Below, piece by piece: positions 10,117 to 20,366 of a DNA stretch of 64,000 nucleotides (the stretch's first letter is position 1; each line of letters starts with the position of its first letter). Source of the DNA: a virus. The position numbers and the translations under genes are program-made. The DNA lies in the IMG/VR virus record IMGVR_UViG_3300043395_003072, positions 64,001 through 128,000 of that record, one strand, 5' to 3'. The notes under the pieces were generated by a model, which saw only the letters and a program-made list of their open reading frames with translations, had not been told where the DNA came from and did not search any database.

Positions 10117-12128
10117 GTTGCCATAACTCCAAAAGTGTTTCCGTCAGGATATTTATCAAATCTACACTTGTAGTAATAAACCTTACCTATCTCTACTTCA
10201 TCATCTATATATTCAATTACTTCCTCTTCATCAGAAATAATTTCAGCTATATCAATGAAGCCAAAACCATTCTCAATCTTCTTACTAAGAATGTAACTAC
10301 CTTCACCTTCCCAGCTTATTGTTAACTTTATTTCACCGCTAATAGAGTTATCTAAAGATAAGCTTGGCTTCGGATATACATAGTCTACAATGATATCTAT
10401 ACCATGGGGAAGTTTCCTTCTTAATAATGACTCTACTTCTTCTGGCGTATAATCTCCACCCATGTTTTGAAGCAAATCTATTGGCGCTTCTAAATACAAG
10501 ATGTTATTCTTTTGAACTACTTGTCCAAACTCGCCATACCCGTGTTTAGACTGCAAGATCTTCCATTGGTTAGCAAGTAAATCTTTGTAGTTGTTCTCAT
10601 TGGTATAAGTAGCTTCTTTAACTTCTACTTGGTTTATTTCATCTAAGTAGAAATCCTCTTCTAGAGAAACTTCTCCTAGTTCCATGTACTGGTATGAGTT
10701 TTCATATCCATAACAATAGTTTGCTCTAAATTCCCTGATATTCATTCCAATAACAGTACTCGTATTAAACACTGCTCCAACCTTGAGTTTCTTTGAATCT
10801 TCTGAACATTCAAGTATTCTTCCATCTTCATCAAGTACTAAGTGATGTATGCTTCTTGAACCCCTAGCAGCATTACTTAATAAATAGAAATAATACTTAT
10901 TATAAATCATGTTCTTGTTTTCTAGAGGGTTTACAGAGATTTGACTATAAAGATAGCAGTCAGTCTTGTAACAAAAATCTGCTTTGATTATTTGACTAGC
11001 GTCTATATCAAACTTCATCTCTACAAAGCCATTGAACTCATCCCACGAGTCAATATCGTTATCATACTTTATCTGCGTATTTGAATACCTGGTACCTACT
11101 TTTCTTAATTCTGTTGTTGAGCATTTAACAAGATTCTCTAATTCATCATAAATAAAAATATTTAAATGAATTTCATCTTCAATTTTAACTTTAATTTTAT
11201 TAACAGGAAGTTTAATTATATTTCTTTTAACAAGATTACATGTTTTATTATGAAGCTTAATTAAACCAAATTCAGGGTCAAATGGTTGATTCTCAAATTC
11301 AGGCAACCAGTATTTCTTTTTATCAAGCACCCAACCATTTTGTACTCTGAGTATCCATGGATTTTCCAAAGAGAAACTCTCTGGTTTTATTAATCTAATA
11401 AGATTCTCTTCAGAGCCTCTTACATAAAGTTTTTGACTTGTTAAATCACAAGCGTCTATCTCGTCAAAATTTACTTTGAAGTAATAACCAGTCTCCTGCT
11501 CTTCCTTAGTGTATACATCTCCCACCAAGTCTCCTGACTCTAAATCAATATCTTCCCAGCTAGCTTCTTTTATTGCTGATACAAGATTAAGTAAATCATT
11601 AACTCTATTTCCTGAAGCATCTACTCCTGTTACAAAATAAACTCTATAACTTCCGGTTTCTGGATTGTAGAAGTTTTTATAATTAGTATATATCCAATCA
11701 TTTACTATTTTGAATCCATTGCTAACAGAGAACTCATCTCCACTTTCTATATAATGTATCTTGGCTTCTTTAAGAGGCTTGTAGTGCTTATAGTAGAGTG
11801 GTTCTTCTTTGCCTTCAATGTTTATATATGTTTTATTAGTTAATTCTACATTTGAATAAGGCGAGTAAAATGCATTGCCTTCTATCTCAATCTCTGAATT
11901 TCTTTTTAGAAAGTTTGGATTATTAGAAGGCACTCTCCAAGAAAGATCATTTATATAAAGATTATCTCTTGAGTTTACTTCTTCTGATTCTAGATAGCTT
12001 ATAGCTACGCTTCTATCATCAATGAATTTAGAAAACTCAAGTCGCTCTAAAGGAGAGTTTACTACTGAAATTACGTTCAGTATTAACTCTTCAGAAAGAC
12101 TTTGATTTATAAGCTCTAGATTAAGCAT
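10113..12128 (-). CDS. baseplate structural protein with C-terminal FN3/Ig-like domain
   Basis: The C-terminal IKLTISWEG..SYILSK...YIDDEVEIGKVYYYK fits the fibronectin type III pattern. Baseplate region. Confidence 0.6.
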   Translation of the reverse strand: MLNLELINQSLSEELILNVISVVNSPLERLEFSKFIDDRSVAISYLESEEVNSRDNLYINDLSWRVPSNNPNFLKRNSEIEIEGNAFYSPYSNVELTNKTYINIEGKEEPLYYKHYKPLKEAKIHYIESGDEFSVSNGFKIVNDWIYTNYKNFYNPETGSYRVYFVTGVDASGNRVNDLLNLVSAIKEASWEDIDLESGDLVGDVYTKEEQETGYYFKVNFDEIDACDLTSQKLYVRGSEENLIRLIKPESFSLENPWILRVQNGWVLDKKKYWLPEFENQPFDPEFGLIKLHNKTCNLVKRNIIKLPVNKIKVKIEDEIHLNIFIYDELENLVKCSTTELRKVGTRYSNTQIKYDNDIDSWDEFNGFVEMKFDIDASQIIKADFCYKTDCYLYSQISVNPLENKNMIYNKYYFYLLSNAARGSRSIHHLVLDEDGRILECSEDSKKLKVGAVFNTSTVIGMNIREFRANYCYGYENSYQYMELGEVSLEEDFYLDEINQVEVKEATYTNENNYKDLLANQWKILQSKHGYGEFGQVVQKNNILYLEAPIDLLQNMGGDYTPEEVESLLRRKLPHGIDIIVDYVYPKPSLSLDNSISGEIKLTISWEGEGSYILSKKIENGFGFIDIAEIISDEEEVIEYIDDEVEIGKVYYYKCRFDKYPDGNTFGVMAT

Positions 12129-14799
12129 TTACATATCTGCCAGTAATATTTACGATTGCATCGTTTAAGTTTTCTATTATTTCTACTTCAAATCTAATAT
12201 CATTCATCAACACTCTTCTAAATCCTACTGGCGCATCTGCTTGAAAAAGGTTTTCTGCCGAATTTACAGAATTAAAACAAAGCTCTAATAAATTTACATT
12301 ATTTCCAGCTTCTACAAATACGTTTCTTTTATACTCTGTTCCTAATCCAGCATTATATTCATGCATTTTAAAATGTACATATTTTGGTTTATCGAATCTT
12401 ACTAAATAATTAGTTCCACTTATTCTAAAATCTGCTGTAAAATAATCTGACTTATTTATAATTAAGCTTTTTTTGTTTTTTTGATTAAAGTTTTGAAATT
12501 GGAATATAATGTTTTTATTACCAGTAGTATTGTAAACTTCTCTATCGTTTTCTAAAAAGTTTCCTATCATTTCATAATTTAAAAATTTAAAATCAACTTC
12601 TTCTTGAAGAAGATAAGCTGTTATGTTCTCAATTTTTTCTTCATTATCGAAAGAAGTAGTTTGAAATACACTATTTTTATTATTTAAAGCTTCAAACAAA
12701 TAATTTTTTGAGCGTATAAATATTCTATAAGGATCTACAATTTCATAATCACTTAACTGGTAATTATAAATATATTTTTTATCAAATCCAGAAACATCAA
12801 AAGTATTAAATATGCTAGGCTCTTCTTCATCGTCTAACAAATCTAGAAAACCAGCTTCAGCCCATCTTCCATCTGAAACCTTTACAGAGTCAAAAAAACT
12901 TTTTGTATTTTGTGTTGTACTTATTTTTTGATCTATTTCATAAGTTTCTTTTAAATAATTTGAATCTACTTTTTGTACAATCAAACCTCTTTTATAGAGG
13001 TAGTCCAAGGTTTCAGATATATTATAATATTTTGTATCTTTAGCTTTGGATTCTAAAATTATATTATCAGATAATATATCTATATTATTTTGTTTTAACT
13101 CAACTTTCTCTTTATTTAAAATAATCGAGCCATCATTATCACTATCTAATGCATTTACATAAGCTTTAAAATATTCTTCTTCCTCAGCTTTTTCTTTAAT
13201 TTCTATTTCAAATTTATTACTTTGAGTCTCAATACTTTCTTCTGAAATAATCCTTATCAATCTTCCTGAGTTAATTTGAGTTTGATCGCTGCTATAGCTA
13301 AGTATGTTTTGTGTATCAAGCTCAATCGCTTCTCCATTTCCTTCAAGAATTTTAGGAGTGTGAAGATTGATCCCGTACATAGCCTCTAAATTTATTCCTC
13401 CAGCTTCTACATTTATTGCTTTATAGTTACTATTAGTTATTTTAAGATCTGCACTATCCTCTCTATAGATTGCACAATCTGGACTTGTAAACAAAATAGG
13501 TTGGCTTTGATAACCTTCTGTAGTCTCTAATGTTGGTGAATTTTTTATAACAGTATTAACTATAGGGCTAAGTGAGTTAAAGCTTGTAGCTCCCATTAAT
13601 AACGTACCAAGCATTGCGTTGTTACCATTGTTCAAATTAGAATCTAAAGAAAAGCCACTCCGATGAAGATACATGGGAAAATGGTTATTTGGTATAGAAG
13701 ACTCTCCATATACTACACTAGAGTACTCAGAGAATTTATCTATAAGGCTTTTAACGCTAATCCTACCTTCACCGAAGCTTCCATCGTGCTTGTGAAGATG
13801 CAGCTTATTTCTTAGATCGTCAATGCTCGTAGTAATATCAGTACCTACAGTAATAACGCAAAACTCATGATCTACGCAAAGTGAAACACCTTTGATATGA
13901 ATCTCAGTTGGACTAATAAAATAATAATTAGCGTTTTGATAAACTTCGTTAGTAGTTAAGTTCTTTACTACAAGAAATCCTTCAGGGATTGAGTCTCCAT
14001 TTTCAAACCTAGGCAGATCTCCTTCCCACATCCACCCAGGAAGTTTAAGCTCTACCCCATTGTTAAACTCTCCAGCATTTAAAGAGCTTAATAGCAAAGA
14101 GTCTTTTGATTTAATTCCTGATTGTTGATGAGTGCAATTTCCTAGATCAATTGAGTAAGCGTTAACTTCATTAGCTAAGGCTACTACTGAAAGTTTACTT
14201 GGTTGATTAGGATCAGGAATAACATTGAAGCTTGCGCCTTCGTAGTTAGGTCCTCCAAATATTCCTTCGCTTGAAGTCTCATAAATTAAGCTTCTATTTA
14301 CTCCACCTGGAGTTGTATTTGAAAAATAGATAATACCGTTACTTACTCTAAATTGATTTGTTCCAGTAAAGTAATCGGTTTCTACTCTTGTAAGAACTGC
14401 TCCGCCTCCAGCTGAAAAGCTTCCATCATTATAAGGATAAGCTAGAGTATATTCCATTACTAAGCCAGAAATACTCTCTGCCACTAGCTTATCAAATTTA
14501 AGCATCTTAGGATTCAAGTTGCTAGCAGGTCCAATTAGCCTTGCAAGGTTTACTATGTCTAACGGTCTGCCTTCAGGGTTAGGCTCGTAAGGGTTCCAGG
14601 CACCAGTTAAATGCGTGTACTTATTAGCATCAGAGACATGAGGATATCCTTGGTCTCTAATATCGCCAATAGCTTTTGAGATATCTCTAAGAGATCTAGC
14701 GAAGTATTCGTTCGCTGCGTTAAACTTATCAGCTGAAGGCTTTTCTCCGGCTGAAAACTTAATAATATTAGAAGTGAGTGTATGTAGTTTGTCAGCCAT
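12121..14799 (-). CDS. tail/baseplate structural protein (fibre- or spike-like)
   Basis: 892-aa ORF with an N-terminal FSAGEKPSADKFN anchoring-type motif, an HKHDGS motif and a central beta-helix-like repeat stretch. Confidence 0.55.
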   Translation of the reverse strand: MADKLHTLTSNIIKFSAGEKPSADKFNAANEYFARSLRDISKAIGDIRDQGYPHVSDANKYTHLTGAWNPYEPNPEGRPLDIVNLARLIGPASNLNPKMLKFDKLVAESISGLVMEYTLAYPYNDGSFSAGGGAVLTRVETDYFTGTNQFRVSNGIIYFSNTTPGGVNRSLIYETSSEGIFGGPNYEGASFNVIPDPNQPSKLSVVALANEVNAYSIDLGNCTHQQSGIKSKDSLLLSSLNAGEFNNGVELKLPGWMWEGDLPRFENGDSIPEGFLVVKNLTTNEVYQNANYYFISPTEIHIKGVSLCVDHEFCVITVGTDITTSIDDLRNKLHLHKHDGSFGEGRISVKSLIDKFSEYSSVVYGESSIPNNHFPMYLHRSGFSLDSNLNNGNNAMLGTLLMGATSFNSLSPIVNTVIKNSPTLETTEGYQSQPILFTSPDCAIYREDSADLKITNSNYKAINVEAGGINLEAMYGINLHTPKILEGNGEAIELDTQNILSYSSDQTQINSGRLIRIISEESIETQSNKFEIEIKEKAEEEEYFKAYVNALDSDNDGSIILNKEKVELKQNNIDILSDNIILESKAKDTKYYNISETLDYLYKRGLIVQKVDSNYLKETYEIDQKISTTQNTKSFFDSVKVSDGRWAEAGFLDLLDDEEEPSIFNTFDVSGFDKKYIYNYQLSDYEIVDPYRIFIRSKNYLFEALNNKNSVFQTTSFDNEEKIENITAYLLQEEVDFKFLNYEMIGNFLENDREVYNTTGNKNIIFQFQNFNQKNKKSLIINKSDYFTADFRISGTNYLVRFDKPKYVHFKMHEYNAGLGTEYKRNVFVEAGNNVNLLELCFNSVNSAENLFQADAPVGFRRVLMNDIRFEVEIIENLNDAIVNITGRYVNA

Positions 14800-14808
14800 T
14801 TTGATCTC

Positions 14809-17211
14809 TTATAAGTATAAGTTGATTTGATTAGTGATTAATGGATTGATAGTTATAAAGTTAGCAAATCCTAATCCTGAACTATCATCATTATCTTCGC
14901 TAAAGAATTTAAATCCATTCTCCTTGCCTTTCAAGAAGTTTGGAAGATCTAAAGACATTCTTATGTCGTTTGATCTTATTGTTCTTCCTGTAGCTGGATC
15001 TGTCCCTGTAGCTTTGATTGTTACAAGCTTACCATAATAAAGCTTATATCCTGCAATCAAGTTACTCTTATCTGTGATTGAGCCTTGAGGTATCAGAATA
15101 TTATCATACCAAACATAATTATTTGCTATTCTACTTGGTTTTATTCTTACAAATAAGTCTTGGTCTTCATTATAACTGTAAGCAACTCTTTCAACTCCAT
15201 TACCATTAAATTCAATTTCATTTCGTTTAAATATTACAATTTCATTTGGGTTAAAAATATCTTCATATCTTTTCTTGTCTAGGAGAATAATCTCGTCTTT
15301 ATTAATCTTGTGAATTAAAAGTCTTCTTGAAACTAGAGAATCTTGATACAGATAAGCATACCCGTAGTTCCCTACTAAAGGTTGACAGATATCAAAGCTG
15401 TTAGCGACTTCATCATTTCTTTCCAAGACCTGATAAGTTTCATACTCCTCCTCATCTTCTATGATCTCTGAGAGCTTAATCTTTATTAACCTTGTTGAAT
15501 CATCTAGATCTTCGCCGATATCCCAGCTTTCAATACTAACTTTTCTTCCTAGATCCCCATAGTAGGGATCTGTTTTTAATACTTGGAACAAATAGAAATC
15601 ATCTAAAGAAGCGCTCAAACTACTCTCTTCTAACCTGACTCTTGAGCTGTTTCCTATATGTTCTATCTCTACATATTCAAATCTATCGTAATCTGAGTAG
15701 GGTACACTATAAGTTGTCTTTGCTTCTCCAAGCAAATTAGCGACTTTAGTTGAGCTTAAACTATCACCTTCAAACCTTCCGTACTCCGCTTCAAACTTAA
15801 TGTTAATACCTTCTACTGGTTTATCATTTCCATTTAATGCCGTTGCTTTTATTATTGAATAATCACCTTGTATGAATAACTTATCATACACATTCATACC
15901 TATTAAGTTTTTATCTGCCTCTAGTTTAATTTTAGCTAAATGCTTTTCTTGAGGAGATATCTCAAGAATCCCACCGCTATCAATTTTTTGATATGGCTTT
16001 ACATTTATATTGTTGTCCCAAAATAAAGATTCTTTAATTTCATAATCTATTCTTGGGTAGGCAGTATAACTTATATATAGATCTAAGCCTGAATCTAAAA
16101 CTAGGCTCTTCTTACTTATAGATACTTCAGAGCCTCTATTTAAAGTAGGCTCTCTATCTTGAGTATTTAAAATTAATTTATATTTAGTTTTTTCTTTATA
16201 TTCTAAATTATTATTAATAATTCCAGTCTCTGGCAAATCGTCGGTGCTTTCAAACAACTCTAAAGCAAAACCAAGATCTTCTTTAATAAAGACTTGTTTT
16301 GTCTGAAAAGTATTAAAGCTAATTTTCCCAGAATGTTTATCGACTACAAAGTTGTAATCTATCTCAGGCTCCTCATTGAATGAATCAATTTCTTTCAATT
16401 CAATAAATGTTGAAGAGTCTTTTATCATTACCAGCTTAATATCATCTATGGGGAAGTACTCAGTGTACCCAATACTCCTATTGGTGCTTCTTCCAATGAG
16501 CTCCCAGTTACTCTTGATAGCTTCTACTGTATCTGCTTGTTGATCTCCTATTTGGATTTCTCCAAGCTCTTGAAGTACTAAAGTTCTTTCAGCAAAATCT
16601 TCAGTAGGGCTTACATCTGAGAGGAATGAAAAGCTTCTTCCAGAGGCTTCTGGAGTATCATCATAATACCACCTATATGCTGGTATATTATTAAAACTAC
16701 TATCTCTCTTAAAAATACAAATCTCTACTGAATTTAACATTGCTAATTCTTCAAGTAATACTTGAGTAGTCTTTGCAACTTTTGAAGTAGAGTAATTAGA
16801 GAATAGCTTTTTATTAAAATGATAAATAGAATAAACGCCTGTTTCTAATTTAGGCACCCATTTATATCTGCTCGTTATATCTTTATAAGCTTCTATAGTT
16901 TTAATTTCGCATCCGCTAAGCACTCCCCCGTACCAGTGCTTAGCTTTAGTACCTTCTTCTAGATTATACTGGTAGCCTCCAACATGTTCATTAATACGAG
17001 TCTCTATATTCCTTAAATCTTGAGGAAATGTTTTATTCCAGAGCCAACCCTTAACACCAGCATACGTACCAGTTAGAGGATAGAACTCTTCTTCTGTTTT
17101 GATGTTAGATTTTATAGATACACTAACAGACTCTTCTACTGACTCTGTCTCATTACTACCTAAACCTTTAGTTATTAAGGTTGAGAATAGTCTTCTAGAT
17201 ATTAAAGACAT
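14809..17211 (-). CDS. baseplate structural protein with Big_1 (invasin/intimin) Ig-like domain
   Basis: SIIKATALNGNDKPVEGINIKF...ANLLGEAKTTY matches the Big_1 consensus. Confidence 0.65.
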   Translation of the reverse strand: MSLISRRLFSTLITKGLGSNETESVEESVSVSIKSNIKTEEEFYPLTGTYAGVKGWLWNKTFPQDLRNIETRINEHVGGYQYNLEEGTKAKHWYGGVLSGCEIKTIEAYKDITSRYKWVPKLETGVYSIYHFNKKLFSNYSTSKVAKTTQVLLEELAMLNSVEICIFKRDSSFNNIPAYRWYYDDTPEASGRSFSFLSDVSPTEDFAERTLVLQELGEIQIGDQQADTVEAIKSNWELIGRSTNRSIGYTEYFPIDDIKLVMIKDSSTFIELKEIDSFNEEPEIDYNFVVDKHSGKISFNTFQTKQVFIKEDLGFALELFESTDDLPETGIINNNLEYKEKTKYKLILNTQDREPTLNRGSEVSISKKSLVLDSGLDLYISYTAYPRIDYEIKESLFWDNNINVKPYQKIDSGGILEISPQEKHLAKIKLEADKNLIGMNVYDKLFIQGDYSIIKATALNGNDKPVEGINIKFEAEYGRFEGDSLSSTKVANLLGEAKTTYSVPYSDYDRFEYVEIEHIGNSSRVRLEESSLSASLDDFYLFQVLKTDPYYGDLGRKVSIESWDIGEDLDDSTRLIKIKLSEIIEDEEEYETYQVLERNDEVANSFDICQPLVGNYGYAYLYQDSLVSRRLLIHKINKDEIILLDKKRYEDIFNPNEIVIFKRNEIEFNGNGVERVAYSYNEDQDLFVRIKPSRIANNYVWYDNILIPQGSITDKSNLIAGYKLYYGKLVTIKATGTDPATGRTIRSNDIRMSLDLPNFLKGKENGFKFFSEDNDDSSGLGFANFITINPLITNQINLYL

Positions 17212-17221
17212 ATTTCATTCC

Positions 17222-17773
17222 TTATTTAGTAGGTCTTGGGCTTTTGTAAGTAAGTACTCTATGATAAGGGTTGCTATTAGTTGGCCCTCCGCTAGCTCCA
17301 AATAGATTGAACTTAGTGATTTCGTTTCCTTGAGAGTCTTTAATAACTAACTGGTTATTAGCTATTTGCCACTCACCTTCTTCTATATCAAGTAATCTGG
17401 TTACTAGAGCTTCTAAGTACTCAGCGCTAGCTAATATGCTATCAGCTTTTGTTTTAATAAGCTCTGCGCTAGCTTCTATACTCTCTGCAGTAGAAGGTAA
17501 GTAGTCGTGCCTTTCGAGCCTATTGATGATGTAACGCTCTCCAGGAGGAGTAGCTTCGCCAAGATCTATCTTAACTAGATAGCTATCCTCTGAAACCAGT
17601 GCCCAGTCAAAGCTATATTTATAAAAGCCATCACCCATCTCAGTAATGGTTGGAGTTGGCGTTAAAGATTGACCATTGCTTACTGCTTTGAATGTAGCAA
17701 AGCTAGGGCTTAGTCCATTTCCAACAACGCCGCCTACTTCTGCATATAGAGTATATGTAACTAGCTTGCTCAT
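17222..17773 (-). CDS. virion structural protein
   Basis: Ig-like N-terminus (ITEMGDGFYKYSF), short coiled coil, and C-terminal GEWQIANNQLVIKD..G.EITKFNL segment. Confidence 0.6.
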   Translation of the reverse strand: MSKLVTYTLYAEVGGVVGNGLSPSFATFKAVSNGQSLTPTPTITEMGDGFYKYSFDWALVSEDSYLVKIDLGEATPPGERYIINRLERHDYLPSTAESIEASAELIKTKADSILASAEYLEALVTRLLDIEEGEWQIANNQLVIKDSQGNEITKFNLFGASGGPTNSNPYHRVLTYKSPRPTK

Positions 17774-18571
17774 TTATTTCCCCCAATAAGTGTTTTGTTT
17801 TTCAAGAACTTTATTAAAAATCTTAGCACCTTTTTGAGTTAAATTTCCGGTTTCATCTTTTGATATATTCTCAAAGCTTAAATCATTTAAAGCAATAGCT
17901 TTAATAGGCAGCCATTTTAACTTGAAAGGAAAATCATCATAAGAAAAAGTTACTTCTCCATAACCTCTAGAACCTTTAATAAACAACTCATCTTCTTGTA
18001 TGTAAAAAGAAGAGTCATTAATTAATTCTATTTCAGTGGTTTCGCTAACCAGCTCTCCTTGAAAATCTTTTATTTCTGTAATCTTATCCTTAGGAAGTAA
18101 TGATTGGTAATTGTCTGTTTCGTACTTAAGATAGTTTCTTCTTGAATCTTGAGGCATCAAGTTTTCTGTTTTTAACAACTCCCAACTATCTGTATCATCA
18201 AGAACTTCAACTATAAAATATTCTTCTAGAATAGTCTTAAAATCTCTTAAGTATTTCAACTCTCTTAAAAGTTTCTTATAAAGAACCTCTTCTACTTCAT
18301 AAATTATTAATTCACTTGAAGTTATTTCTATATTTAAATTATTTAAATTCTCTTTTCTATTTATTAAAAATACATCTTTATCTTGTAAAGAAGTTAAATA
18401 GCCAAGAGATTTATAAAAAGAATCTTTCTCTTGAACTGATATTTGCAAACAAGCTTTTAAAGTTCTTTTAAAGAAGTTATCGATAGTTTCATTCGTCTCT
18501 CTTACTAGTCCATATTTTAAAGCAATTTCATCTAATGCAGTACTATTTCTATTTCTCTTTGCTTTAATCAT
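17774..18571 (-). CDS. baseplate wedge protein
   Basis: N-terminal LDEIALKYGLVRETNETIDNFFKR resembles the LD..G...GL.R...E.D..(Y/F)R.R motif of wedge proteins. Confidence 0.55.
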   Translation of the reverse strand: MIKAKRNRNSTALDEIALKYGLVRETNETIDNFFKRTLKACLQISVQEKDSFYKSLGYLTSLQDKDVFLINRKENLNNLNIEITSSELIIYEVEEVLYKKLLRELKYLRDFKTILEEYFIVEVLDDTDSWELLKTENLMPQDSRRNYLKYETDNYQSLLPKDKITEIKDFQGELVSETTEIELINDSSFYIQEDELFIKGSRGYGEVTFSYDDFPFKLKWLPIKAIALNDLSFENISKDETGNLTQKGAKIFNKVLEKQNTYWGK

Positions 18572-20366
18572 ACGACACCTCTTCTAGAATAACACCGTTA
18601 TCTATACTTACTTCTATACTATCGTACTTCTCTAAAGTAACTCCCTCCCCACTCTCGTAATCAAAAAGAAAATAATCTTTATATTCTTTTATTTTATATA
18701 CGCTTTGATTATTCTCTTCAAACTTAATTACAAACAAATCGTTACTTATACCTTCATAAAAAATTCCAAAGTTCTCTCCTGAAAAACCAGTTTCAATACT
18801 ATACTCTGGTAAAGAATATTCGCACATCATACTATAATTATTTATATAAACCTCATACTGTTCTGTATTTGCAGTGTATGAATTTAATTTTGTTACAAGA
18901 TCTTCTATCTCAAAAATACTTTGGTTTTTTATTTGTAATAAAAGTAAATCTTTTGTTTCTGTTGTAAAAGATATTATATGGAAATTAATTTGCCCTATAC
19001 TATCAAAATAATTTTCAAATTCAAAAGAGTCTGCGTTTTCAAAAACATCAGCTCTATCTCTACCTTGAAACAAATGAATTGAATTTCCCCAAGAATTGTC
19101 TTCTTGCAAAGAGCTGTAAACTCCATTTTTTTCTTTTAAAACTATATAATTTACAACTGGACCTTTTGGTCTTTCTAAATAACCATAAATTTTTGCTGTT
19201 TCATATAAACTTACTTGCTGTCTAATGCTCTCTAATGAGAAATCAATAAGTTTAGTTCTTCTTAAAATGCTTTGATTAAAGCCTGTTTTTCCAATTTTAT
19301 AAAATCTAATTACTCCTGAACTATCAATTGTTGTAAGTTTATTTCTTACAGTATCAAAACAATAATCAACAATATCAAGGTTTTCTCCTGAAGTACCAAG
19401 TAGTGTTTGAGAAAATAGTATGTCCTGAAATGCTTCAGGAGACTCTATGTCTGCTACCCTGTATTTATTTCCCATATCGTAATATCGATATATATAATCC
19501 AAATATGTAACTTCGTTTTCTTTTCTTAATTCAAAGAAACCTTTATTTTCTATCAAAGAGTTATTCTTATTAACCCTGTCTGATTTTTCTACAAACAAAG
19601 AATAAGTATATTCTTTTGCTTGTATATTATAAGGCTTTATATAAACTTCTATCTCTCCATCAAAACCTTCTCTTTCAATACTTTTGCCACCTTTAATATT
19701 GAACTTAGGCTCTCTTTTTAAAGCCTTTATTTCTTTAAAATAATTCTTAGTTTCATAGAATCCGTCATCTTTTATAAAGATGGTTTCTTCTATCGGAAAA
19801 TCTGCAATGTTTGTCCCTCTTATAGTTATAAAATAATTATAATCGAACTTTTCTTTTGTTCTTGAATCATAATAGTAGTCACTGTTTTTTATATTAAAAT
19901 AAACTTTATAGATTTTATTATTAAAGTTCCAAGATTCTTCTTTTGTTTTTTCTTCTTTGTTAAAAGAGGTTATTTTAAAATCTATTCTTGTATCATGTAT
20001 TTCAATTTCAGTTCTTGTTGGATATTCCAGGCATAACTGTTCGTAAGAATTGCTTTCTCTTAATAGGACACTGTTCTCTCCAACAACACCTGTAATAGCA
20101 ATACTTGAATACTCTTTATTTTCCTGTGTATGCCTTACGTATTCATCAGAATCGCTTAAATTAAAATTCCAAAGATGCCCGGGCTCTGCAATTGGTTTAC
20201 CTTCTAAAGTTTTTAATTGATCTTGCATTCTTAAGCTAGATACTCTTATTAACTCTATCGACTCTCCGATACTATCCAATACTCTTCCTCCTACGGAAGA
20301 ATCATCTCTCCTTATAGTACTCCAGAGTGGAAATCTGTTTCTAATTGATTGTCCAATGAAGCTCAT
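18564..20366 (-). CDS. baseplate wedge protein (downstream of J-like gene)
   Basis: 600-aa ORF coupled (ATGA) to the baseplate J-like gene. N-terminal FPLW...GRVLDSIG helical segment. Confidence 0.55.
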   Translation of the reverse strand: MSFIGQSIRNRFPLWSTIRRDDSSVGGRVLDSIGESIELIRVSSLRMQDQLKTLEGKPIAEPGHLWNFNLSDSDEYVRHTQENKEYSSIAITGVVGENSVLLRESNSYEQLCLEYPTRTEIEIHDTRIDFKITSFNKEEKTKEESWNFNNKIYKVYFNIKNSDYYYDSRTKEKFDYNYFITIRGTNIADFPIEETIFIKDDGFYETKNYFKEIKALKREPKFNIKGGKSIEREGFDGEIEVYIKPYNIQAKEYTYSLFVEKSDRVNKNNSLIENKGFFELRKENEVTYLDYIYRYYDMGNKYRVADIESPEAFQDILFSQTLLGTSGENLDIVDYCFDTVRNKLTTIDSSGVIRFYKIGKTGFNQSILRRTKLIDFSLESIRQQVSLYETAKIYGYLERPKGPVVNYIVLKEKNGVYSSLQEDNSWGNSIHLFQGRDRADVFENADSFEFENYFDSIGQINFHIISFTTETKDLLLLQIKNQSIFEIEDLVTKLNSYTANTEQYEVYINNYSMMCEYSLPEYSIETGFSGENFGIFYEGISNDLFVIKFEENNQSVYKIKEYKDYFLFDYESGEGVTLEKYDSIEVSIDNGVILEEVSYD

